Of a stretch of DNA of 64,000 nt, positions 45,672-53,432 are shown piece after piece; position 1 is the stretch's first letter, and each line of letters begins with the position of its first letter. Source of the DNA: a candidate division WOR-3 bacterium (GTDB taxonomy: Bacteria > Hydrothermota > Tepidihabitantia > Tepidihabitantales > Tepidihabitantaceae); the NCBI GenBank assembly GCA_037441285.1, contig JBBISL010000007.1:1-64000 (forward strand). Direction: 5' to 3'. The notes under the pieces are model-generated. The model saw only the letters and a list, made by a program, of their open reading frames with translations. It made no database searches and was not told where the DNA came from. Made by a program: the position numbers and the translations under genes.

Positions 45672-45741
45672 AGTTAGATAGCGCAGCGGCGCGGAAGGGC
45701 AGAAGTTCAGCGCCGGTGCTATTGGTCAATTGGGCTTGGAT

Positions 45742-46161
45742 ATGAGATATCGTCTTCTGGAACACACCGCGGACCTGATGGTGGCGATTTATGGTCGGGA
45801 CCTGCCCGAACTATTCCGCAATGCAGCGTTTATGCTTTTTGATGTGATGGTGGACCTGCAGCAGGTTGAGCCGAATCTGACCGAAGAGGTGGTGTTGAAT
45901 TCGGCTAACCTTGAAGAACTTTTTCTTGACTGGTTGCGCGAGTTGCTCTATCGATTTTCCACCCGGGGTTTTGTGCCCGGTCAGGTGCAGATTGAACATC
46001 TTGCGCCGGAGGCGGGCGAACTAAAGGCAAAACTGACGGGTGAGATTTATCAACCGGAAAAGCACGGTTTGAAGATTGAAATCAAAACCCCAACCTATCA
46101 TCAGTACCGGCTGGAGAAGGGACCAACCGGCTGGACCGCAACGGTGGTCTTAGATGTTTAA
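45742..46161 (+). CDS. Archease
   Basis: YRLLEHTAD, LEELFLDWLRELLY, EIK.PTYH, VVLDV C-terminus. Confidence 0.9.
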   Translation: MRYRLLEHTADLMVAIYGRDLPELFRNAAFMLFDVMVDLQQVEPNLTEEVVLNSANLEELFLDWLRELLYRFSTRGFVPGQVQIEHLAPEAGELKAKLTGEIYQPEKHGLKIEIKTPTYHQYRLEKGPTGWTATVVLDV

Positions 46162-47327
46162 CCAGCCGATTTCAGAGGCGAAATCTCCCGCAACCTTTTG
46201 ACCACCCGCTCAAAAGCCGCAACGGTGTGGTCAATATCGGCTTCGGTGGTTTCGTCACCCAAAGAGAACCGGACAACCGAATTGCGGAAGAGGGGCGGGA
46301 TGTTGATCGCCTTGACCGTAGGTGAGGGTTCTGGTTCACCGGAAGAGCAGGCGGAGCCCGAGGCAACCGCGATCCCTTCGAGGTCTAAATTCATCAAGAG
46401 GGCTTCCCCTTCCACATAGGCGACGCTGAAGTGGCTCGTATTGACGAGCCGTTTTTCCGGATGGCCATTGAGCCGAACATCGGGCACCCGGGAGAGGATT
46501 TGTTCTTCAAGGCGCTGGCGCAAGCGCAGCATCTTTGCGGCGTGGCTTTGCCACTCGTTTTTCAAGATGGCACAGGCGGTACCCATTGCCACGATGCCGA
46601 TGATGTTTTCGGTACCGGCACGGCGCCCCTTTTCATGGTGACCACCGTGAATCAGGGGATGAATCTTGACGCCTTCCCGGATGAAAAGGACGCCAACCCC
46701 TTTGGGCGCGTGAATCTTGTGGCCCGAGATGGTCAGAAGGTCAACACCCAGTTCCCGGACATCGAGTTTCACCTTACCGGCGGCCGAGACCGCATCGGTG
46801 TGCAACAGAACCCCGGCGTCTTTACAGATGGCGGCAATCTCTTTAATGGGCTCAATTGTACCAATCTCGTTGTTGGCGAGCATGACACTCACGAGCGCGG
46901 TCTCTTTGGTTATTGCCTTTTGCACCGCTGCCGGGTCAACAATGCCATAGGAGTCAACCGGCAGATAGGTTACCTGCCAGCCCTGTTCGGATAGATACTG
47001 GACGCTGCCGAGGATTGAGGCGTGTTCAATTGGGCTGGTGACGATGTGCCGGCCGCGCTCCAGCATCAGCGCCACCGCTACCCCTTTAACCGCCCAGTTG
47101 TTCGCCTCGGTGCCACCGCTGGTAAAGAAGATTTCTTCGGGTTTGGCATTTAAGAAGTCGGCGACCTGTTCGCGCGCCCGGGCGATACCTTCGGCTGCTT
47201 CCCGACCAAAGGAGTGGAGGTTGGACGGGTTGCCGAAGTTTTGGTTCAGATAAGGCTCAATCGCCTGCCGGACCCGCGGGTCAATTGGTGTTGTTGAGTT
47301 GTTGTCCAGATAAATTCGTCGCTTCAT
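46158..47327 (-). CDS. nifS: Cysteine desulfurase (IscS/NifS family)
   Basis: YLDNNSTT, GNPSNLH, FTSGGTE, HTDAV, SGHKIHAPKG, SGSACSS. Confidence 0.93.
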   Translation of the reverse strand: MKRRIYLDNNSTTPIDPRVRQAIEPYLNQNFGNPSNLHSFGREAAEGIARAREQVADFLNAKPEEIFFTSGGTEANNWAVKGVAVALMLERGRHIVTSPIEHASILGSVQYLSEQGWQVTYLPVDSYGIVDPAAVQKAITKETALVSVMLANNEIGTIEPIKEIAAICKDAGVLLHTDAVSAAGKVKLDVRELGVDLLTISGHKIHAPKGVGVLFIREGVKIHPLIHGGHHEKGRRAGTENIIGIVAMGTACAILKNEWQSHAAKMLRLRQRLEEQILSRVPDVRLNGHPEKRLVNTSHFSVAYVEGEALLMNLDLEGIAVASGSACSSGEPEPSPTVKAINIPPLFRNSVVRFSLGDETTEADIDHTVAAFERVVKRLREISPLKSAG

Positions 47328-47835
47328 GCTCTTTTGCCTCCTTTAATTTCTGCCGCCGGCTTTTGAGCGTGCCGGCGATTTCGTAAAGGAAAATCATTAT
47401 CACCCCGATAACAACGAAGGCGTCCGCGAGGTTGAAGGTAAACCAGCGGATGTGGAGCGGACGCAGTTCAAAATCAATAAAGTCGATGACAAATCCCAGC
47501 CGGAACCGGTCGATAAGATTGCCCAAAGCACCGCCGAGAATCAGACCGTAGGCTGAGCCGAGCCAGGTGCTTTTGGTTTTCAGGGCAAATATGAGGACAA
47601 GGATGGTGCCGATGCCGGGCAGGATGAAGTACATCAGCCGCGGACCAAATGGGATGCCAAAAACACCCCGGGTGTTGGTGGTGTAGGAAATTTTCAGAAT
47701 GTCACCGAGAATCCGAATCGGGGCGCCACCTTCAACACCGCCGGTGAGACCGTAAACAAGGATTTTTGTCAACTGGTCAGCAAACAGCGAGGCGATGGCA
47801 GTCCAGACAAACGACCGGCGCAGGGCGGCAGCCAT
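47281..47835 (-). CDS. lspA: Lipoprotein signal peptidase II
   Basis: DQLTK, N.RGVFG, GGALGNLIDR, VIDFI, FNLAD. Confidence 0.93.
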   Translation of the reverse strand: MAAALRRSFVWTAIASLFADQLTKILVYGLTGGVEGGAPIRILGDILKISYTTNTRGVFGIPFGPRLMYFILPGIGTILVLIFALKTKSTWLGSAYGLILGGALGNLIDRFRLGFVIDFIDFELRPLHIRWFTFNLADAFVVIGVIMIFLYEIAGTLKSRRQKLKEAKEHEATNLSGQQLNNTN

Positions 47836-48785
47836 CAGATGATGTGCTCGGCGCCCGCTAGTAGCCGGTCGAGCGCTTCGGCGTTATAGACCCGGATGTG
47901 GTAGTGCTGGGCAAACTGTTCGGCTTCGGCTGAGAGGTGGGGTACGGCGATGAGGATGATGTCCTGGGCACCGACATCGTAAGCCTTGGCATACAGTTTG
48001 ATGACCTCTTCTGAGTCAACGGCGCGTTCGGCAGAGGCGAAGCCCACGATAAGGCGGTGCTCAAGTGGACCGGTGTGCTTGGTGGCGAGGATGTCAATCG
48101 TGTGCTCGGCGCCGGACTTGCCGACCAATCGCGCCGATTCCTGGACATCGTAGCCTTCGCGTTTCAGTATCTCCAGCACCTTGGCACGCGGGATGCGCTC
48201 GAGACGGAGTTTTGAGATTTGTGATGGGTCGAGCACGAACCGGTACAGGACCAGTTCCCGGGCACCATCTTTCGGGAAAACGCGGTTACAGCCCGGACAG
48301 TGCCACTTTTCAACCGGAGTGCGGGTTATCTCCCGGCAGTTTTCGCACTGATAGCGGCTGCCCAGGTCGTCATAGTCGTTGCCGACAAGAAAAAGTTCGG
48401 CACGGCACTTGGGGCAGATGCGCTCGTCTTTGCGCTGGAAATCTTTTTCCGGTCCGGTCCAGTTGCAGACGCGGTGTCTTAAAAGCCGAATGCGCGTTAG
48501 ATTGGGCGAACCGCATTTCGGACAGGAGATTGACCACTCAAGGTTATGGGAGTTGCAGACCGGGCAGAAGAGAAAGCGGGCGGCAAACTGGCGTTCAAGA
48601 TAGCCCAGACGGTGCAGGTCACTGAGCAACCGCTGGGCATATTCGGCATCAACCCCGAGGTGGTTTTCGACCACCGGATAACTTACCCAGCCATCCGGAC
48701 GCGGAGCAAACACCGGTTCCAGCGCCGGGAGTTTGTTCTCGGCGAGGAGTTCTAACAGGCTCAAGACCTTCGGGTCGTTAATCAT
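47835..48785 (-). CDS. Multi-zinc-ribbon (TackOD1-like) protein with a C-terminal Mrr/restriction-endonuclease-like domain
   Basis: CPVC, CPKC, H..C, CPKC...G.DY, C..C, CPGC; C-terminal GYDV...GKSGAEHTIDILA. SD GGAGG before ATG 48785; promoter TTGACT-N17-TATAAT. Confidence 0.65.
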   Translation of the reverse strand: MINDPKVLSLLELLAENKLPALEPVFAPRPDGWVSYPVVENHLGVDAEYAQRLLSDLHRLGYLERQFAARFLFCPVCNSHNLEWSISCPKCGSPNLTRIRLLRHRVCNWTGPEKDFQRKDERICPKCRAELFLVGNDYDDLGSRYQCENCREITRTPVEKWHCPGCNRVFPKDGARELVLYRFVLDPSQISKLRLERIPRAKVLEILKREGYDVQESARLVGKSGAEHTIDILATKHTGPLEHRLIVGFASAERAVDSEEVIKLYAKAYDVGAQDIILIAVPHLSAEAEQFAQHYHIRVYNAEALDRLLAGAEHII

Positions 48786-48809
48786 CTTTAGCCTCCATAA
48801 CAATTATAC

Positions 48810-48903
48810 CAGAAAAAGCCCGATAAGTCAAAGATATATTTCCCACCCTCCCCTTTGTTCCCTCCCATCCCGGGAGGGGACAGAAAAAGTTCGATAAGTC
48901 AAA
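48810..48903. repeat. 23-bp direct repeats flanking a 48-bp segment containing the CCCTCCC element
   Basis: cagaaaaagcccgataagtcaaa (48810-48832) and cagaaaaagttcgataagtcaaa (48881-48903). Confidence 0.75.
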
Positions 48904-49100
48904 AGGAGGGGCGAATGATTATTTGCCCGGACAAGAGCAGATGAGCAGAAGCGTAGAAGAGGAGTTCTGGGTCAAAATGAGGGGCTAATATTTATTCGCC
49001 CGTACAAATTTGACACCATACCGGCACCGGTTACACTGAGATAAAGAAGAACAGAAGGGAAATAGTGGAGAAGAGCAGAAGCGCAGAAGAGGAGGAGCGA

Positions 49101-51266
49101 ATGATTATTCGCCCGTACTTATCAGCCAATGCAATTGAGGTGTTAAAGCGCCGCTATTTGCGCCGGGATGAGCAGGGTAACATCATTGAGACACCCGAGG
49201 CGATGTTTTACCGGGTGGCAAGGGCGATTGCTGAGGTCGACGCCCAGTATGGTGCCAGTTCGGCTGAGGTTGACCGGTTGACTGAGGATTTCTACGAGTT
49301 GATGAGCGGTCTGCGGTTTCTGCCCAATTCACCCACTTTGATGAACGCCGGGACCGAACTGGGCCAGTTGAGCGCCTGTTTTGTGCTGCCGGTGGGTGAT
49401 TCAATGGAGGAGATTTTTGATGCGGTGAAGTATGCGGCACTGATTCACAAGTCGGGCGGCGGTACCGGGTTCAGTTTCTCGCGGTTGCGTCCCAAAGGGG
49501 ATGTGGTCGGCTCAACCAAGGGGGTTAGTTCCGGACCGCTCTCCTTTATGAGCGTTTTTGATGCCGCAACCGAGGCGGTAAAACAGGGGGGCAGGCGCCG
49601 GGGCGCCAATATGGGGCTTTTGCGAGTTGACCATCCTGACATTCAGGAGTTTATCACCTGTAAGGACGACCCGAACCGGCTCACCAACTTTAACATCTCG
49701 GTGGGTGTGACCGAGGAGTTTATGCGCGCGGTGCTGGAGGATGAGGAGTACGCGCTGATCAATCCCCGTTCCCATGAGGTGGTGCAGCGGCTACGGGCAC
49801 AGGAGGTTTTTAATCTGATTGTCCATCAGGCGTGGAAGAACGGCGAACCGGGAATAGTTTTTCTCGACCGGGTGAATGCGGCGAATCCGGTGCCGGCTGA
49901 GGGCGAAATTGAGGCAACCAACCCCTGCGGCGAACAGCCACTCTTACCCTATGAGTCCTGCAACCTGGGTTCAGTCAACCTGGCGCGGATGGTTAAAGAC
50001 AGCACGGTTGACTGGGAACTCTTAGGTCAGGTGGTGCATAAGGCGGTACACTTCCTGGACAATGTGATTGATGCCAACCGCTATCCGCTGCCGGTGATTG
50101 CCGAGAAGACACGCGCCAATCGGAAGATTGGTCTGGGTGTGATGGGCTGGGCCGATATGCTGGCGCAACTGGGGATTCCGTACAATGCGGCGGAGGCGCT
50201 CGAGTTAGCCGAGGCGGTGATGAAATTCATTCTCGAACAGGGCAAGCAGGCGTCCCATCAGTTAGCAAAGGCAAGGGGTGTGTTTCCGAACTTTGAAAAG
50301 AGTGTTTACTATCCCGATGAGGAGTTGCGCAACGCGACGATTACCACCATCGCACCGACCGGCAGTTTGAGCATCATCGCCGGTTGTAGTAGCGGGATTG
50401 AGCCTTACTTTGCCCTTGCCTTTGAGCGCAACATTCTCGACGGCACAAAACTGAAAGAGGTTAATCCTTATTTAAGAGCGGAACTGGAAAAGCGGGGTGT
50501 CTGGAACCAGGCGGTGGAACAGGCTTTGCTTGCCGAGGGCAGGCTGAGCAAGATTCCCGCTGTGCCGGACGATTTGAAACGGCGGTTTGTTACCGCACTC
50601 GAGTTGACCCCGGAGGAGCACATCCGGATGCAGGCGGCGTTCCAGCACTATGTCCAGAATGCGGTGAGTAAGACGGTGAATCTGGCAAATCAGGCGAGTG
50701 AAGAGGATGTGCGCCGCGTGTTCCTTTTAGCCTATGAACTGGGCTGTAAAGGGGTGACGGTCTATCGGGACGGGTCAAGGGCAGCCCAGGTTTTGTCAGT
50801 GCAGAGTTCGGCGGAGGCGGTTAAACCGCGGGGTCGGGCGCCTTTGTTAACCGGGGTGACACGCAAAATGGCAACCGGCTGCGGCAACCTGTATGTGACG
50901 ATTAACCGGGATGAGAGCGGACGCCTGTTTGAGGTGTTTACCAACATCGGCAAAGCCGGGATGTGTGCCCAGGCGCAGGCGGAAGCGATTGGCCGGCTGG
51001 TTTCGCTTGTCTTGCGCAGCGGAGTTGAACCCAGGCAGATTGTCAAACAGTTGAAGGGGATATCGTGCCAGTCCCACGCCTGGTCAAAAAATGATAAGAT
51101 TACCAGTTGTGCCGATGCCATCGCCAAGGCGCTGGAGCAGGAGTTGGGTGAGGTTGTGGAGGTGGATAAAGGTAAAGAGGGCGCCTGTCCGGACTGCGGG
51201 GGCAGGGTGGAGTTTCAAGAGGGGTGTCTGGTTTGCGTCTCGTGCGGTTTCAGTAAGTGTCCGTAA
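49101..51266 (+). CDS. nrdJ: Vitamin B12-dependent (class II) ribonucleotide reductase with TSCPD and Zn-ribbon C-terminus
   Basis: FLPNSPTLMNAG, QLSACFV, GGGTG, RRGANM, ATNPCGEQPL, CNLGS, TIAPTG, KGVTVYRDGSR, CPDC...C..CG.SKC; SD GGAGG before ATG 49101. Confidence 0.95.
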   Translation: MIIRPYLSANAIEVLKRRYLRRDEQGNIIETPEAMFYRVARAIAEVDAQYGASSAEVDRLTEDFYELMSGLRFLPNSPTLMNAGTELGQLSACFVLPVGDSMEEIFDAVKYAALIHKSGGGTGFSFSRLRPKGDVVGSTKGVSSGPLSFMSVFDAATEAVKQGGRRRGANMGLLRVDHPDIQEFITCKDDPNRLTNFNISVGVTEEFMRAVLEDEEYALINPRSHEVVQRLRAQEVFNLIVHQAWKNGEPGIVFLDRVNAANPVPAEGEIEATNPCGEQPLLPYESCNLGSVNLARMVKDSTVDWELLGQVVHKAVHFLDNVIDANRYPLPVIAEKTRANRKIGLGVMGWADMLAQLGIPYNAAEALELAEAVMKFILEQGKQASHQLAKARGVFPNFEKSVYYPDEELRNATITTIAPTGSLSIIAGCSSGIEPYFALAFERNILDGTKLKEVNPYLRAELEKRGVWNQAVEQALLAEGRLSKIPAVPDDLKRRFVTALELTPEEHIRMQAAFQHYVQNAVSKTVNLANQASEEDVRRVFLLAYELGCKGVTVYRDGSRAAQVLSVQSSAEAVKPRGRAPLLTGVTRKMATGCGNLYVTINRDESGRLFEVFTNIGKAGMCAQAQAEAIGRLVSLVLRSGVEPRQIVKQLKGISCQSHAWSKNDKITSCADAIAKALEQELGEVVEVDKGKEGACPDCGGRVEFQEGCLVCVSCGFSKCP

Positions 51267-51313
51267 GCGGGGGAGAGTCAGGGCAGGTTGTTGCCGCTGA
51301 TATTGAAGGGCGG

Positions 51314-51333
51314 ACCGGTTTGCCGGTTTTTTT
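51314..51333 (+). terminator. Probable terminator after nrdJ
   Basis: ACCGG-TTTG-CCGGT followed by a T-run. Confidence 0.6.
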
Positions 51334-51552
51334 ATTTAGAGCCCAAAATTGTGTGATGTTAACGGTCAAGTTCGGTAGCATACTTATAACCGACACTTTT
51401 TAAAGTCGTTACGAGATTCTGTACCCCAGGCATAGGGCTCACCAATGAGCCGTTCCGGGGATGGTATTGGGGATAAGGTTGTTTGCCGAGAAGGGTGCTT
51501 TTAAAGGGAGGGTTTGGTCCGGGCTTTCCGGTGATGATGGGAGCGGTGCTGG

Positions 51553-52233
51553 TTAGTGGATGAAGATGAGAGCGAGGAGCGGGGCGATGATGAGCGCGGG
51601 CAGGAGGTTGAGGATTTTTATCTGCTTGATTTCGAGGAGGTTGATACCGAGACCGAGAAGGATGAGACCACCAACTGCGGTTAGTTCATCGGCGACGATG
51701 GGGTTTAAGGTGTTGCCGAGCAGGCGCACGATAAGGGTTAGACCCGCCTGGTAAAGAAACAGGGGCAGGACCGAGAACAGGACGCCGATGCCGAGCGCGG
51801 CGCTGAGTGCGACTGCGGCGACGCCGTCCAGTAGCGCCTTGGTGAAGTAAAGGGTGGGCGGTTTGCCCAAGCCTTCTTCAATGGCGCCGAGGATGGTCAT
51901 TGAGCCCATACAGAACAAAAGAAAGGCGGAAATCAGCCCTTCGGTGAAGCGGTCGGCTTTTAAGGCAAAACGGGTTTTCAGTTTTTCAATTGTCTGGTTG
52001 AGCCGCTGGTCAATTTTGAGCAGTTCGCCGATGATGGCACCGGGCAGGATGGAAAAGACGAGAATCAAAATGTGGTGGGTTTTCAACGCCATTGAGATGC
52101 CGAGGAACAGGGTGAAGATGCCAATCGCGCCAAATGCGGTTTGGGTGAGGCGTTGCGGCAGACGGGTGTGGAGGAAGATGCCGATGAGGCTGCCGATGAC
52201 GACGGTGGCGACATTGACGAGCGTGCCAAGCAC
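51553..52233 (-). CDS. DUF554-family membrane protein
   Basis: GTLVN...V..GS.IG, LLFCMGSMTILG, K..LDG, LYQ..LT, N.LPAL. Confidence 0.9.
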   Translation of the reverse strand: MLGTLVNVATVVIGSLIGIFLHTRLPQRLTQTAFGAIGIFTLFLGISMALKTHHILILVFSILPGAIIGELLKIDQRLNQTIEKLKTRFALKADRFTEGLISAFLLFCMGSMTILGAIEEGLGKPPTLYFTKALLDGVAAVALSAALGIGVLFSVLPLFLYQAGLTLIVRLLGNTLNPIVADELTAVGGLILLGLGINLLEIKQIKILNLLPALIIAPLLALIFIH

Positions 52234-52328
52234 AGATTAATGTTAGCGACGGTTTGGTGTCAAGGCAATTGTGGAGTTCAGGGGTTAAAACTTGACTTTA
52301 TTGCGGAGCGGGGTAAATTAAGTGCGGT

Positions 52329-52402
52329 GCGCCCGTAGCTCAGATGGATAGAGCGGCAGACTCCGGATCTGCAGGCCACGCGTTCGAATCGCGTCGGGCG
52401 CT
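52329..52402 (+). tRNA. tRNA-Arg (CCG), CCA not encoded
   Basis: GCGCCCG/CGGGCGC acceptor, GCAGA-CTCCGGA-TCTGC anticodon arm, ACGCG-TTCGAAT-CGCGT T arm; promoter TTGACT-N16-TAAATT upstream. Confidence 0.93.
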
Positions 52403-52422
52403 GGTTTTCATAAGGGGGTAAG

Positions 52423-52941
52423 ATGGAGTTTTATGAGGTGATAAACCGGCGTTTGAGTGTTCGCTCGTACAAAAGCGACCCGGTGCCGGATGAGGTTTTG
52501 AACCGAATCCTTGAGGCGGGAAGGCGGGCGCCCTCGGCGAAGAACTATCAGCCCTGGAAGTTTATTGTGGTGAAGGACGCGGCGGTACGCCAGGCGCTGG
52601 TGCCGGCGTGCCGCAATCAGGGGTTTATCGCGCAGGCGCCGGTGGTCATCTGCGGTTGTGCGATTGAGGAGCAGGCGTGGAAGGGGATGGGTGGTTACTG
52701 GTCCGCGGCGGTGGTTGATGTGACAATCGCGCTCGAGCACATCATCCTTGCGGCAACCGCCGAAGGGTTAGGGAGCTGCTGGATTGGCGCATTTATTGAG
52801 GGGGAGGTGCGGAAGGTCCTGGAAATTCCTGAGGGGGTGAAGCCGGTCGCGCTCACGCCGTTAGGTTATCCGGCACAGGAGCCCAAGCCCCGGGACCGAA
52901 AGCCGCTTACCGAGATTGTCTGTTTTGACCGTTACCGATAG
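52423..52941 (+). CDS. Nitroreductase family protein
   Basis: RLSVRSY, APSAKNYQPW.F, GLGSCWIG, LGYP, RKPL. Confidence 0.92.
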   Translation: MEFYEVINRRLSVRSYKSDPVPDEVLNRILEAGRRAPSAKNYQPWKFIVVKDAAVRQALVPACRNQGFIAQAPVVICGCAIEEQAWKGMGGYWSAAVVDVTIALEHIILAATAEGLGSCWIGAFIEGEVRKVLEIPEGVKPVALTPLGYPAQEPKPRDRKPLTEIVCFDRYR

Positions 52942-52953
52942 GCAAGCGGCTCG

Positions 52954-53421
52954 TTACTTTTTCGCCTCAACCTCCAGTTCCATAACGATGGCATCTTCGC
53001 CGTTTTCGTAATAGCCCCGGCGGATGTAGGTTGGAACAAAACCGAATCGGCGGTAAAATTTTTGCGCACCGGTGTTGGAGATGCGGACTTCAAGATAGAC
53101 CGAATCGGCGCCCTGATGCCGGGCAAACTGGAGTGCGGTCTCCATTAAACGGGTGCCGATACCCTGACGCCGGAGTTCATTTGCAACCGCGATGTTGGCG
53201 ATGTGGACCTCTTCCCGACCCCAGGCGATGAGATAGCCGACAACGCCCCGGGCGTCTTCGGCAACGACACAGAGCGCATCGGGCCGATAGATGTCCGAGG
53301 CAAAGAAGGAGCGACGCCAGGGGTTGGGAAAGGTCTGGGTTTCAATCGCCATTACCCGGTCCAGGTCCGCTTCGGTCATCTGCCGGATAAGGACATTCTC
53401 TTTTTTGTGATGCGGTTCCAT
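52954..53421 (-). CDS. rimI: Ribosomal-protein-alanine N-acetyltransferase
   Basis: IE...F..PW, HIANIAV...RRQGIG, LEVRISN..A..FY...GF...RRGYY..EDAIVM. Confidence 0.9.
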   Translation of the reverse strand: MEPHHKKENVLIRQMTEADLDRVMAIETQTFPNPWRRSFFASDIYRPDALCVVAEDARGVVGYLIAWGREEVHIANIAVANELRRQGIGTRLMETALQFARHQGADSVYLEVRISNTGAQKFYRRFGFVPTYIRRGYYENGEDAIVMELEVEAKK

Positions 53422-53432
53422 CTATCCTCGGT

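Noticed and set aside
49101..51266. Intein or intron in nrdJ
   Set aside because: Motifs are contiguous, the length is normal, and no intein signature was seen.
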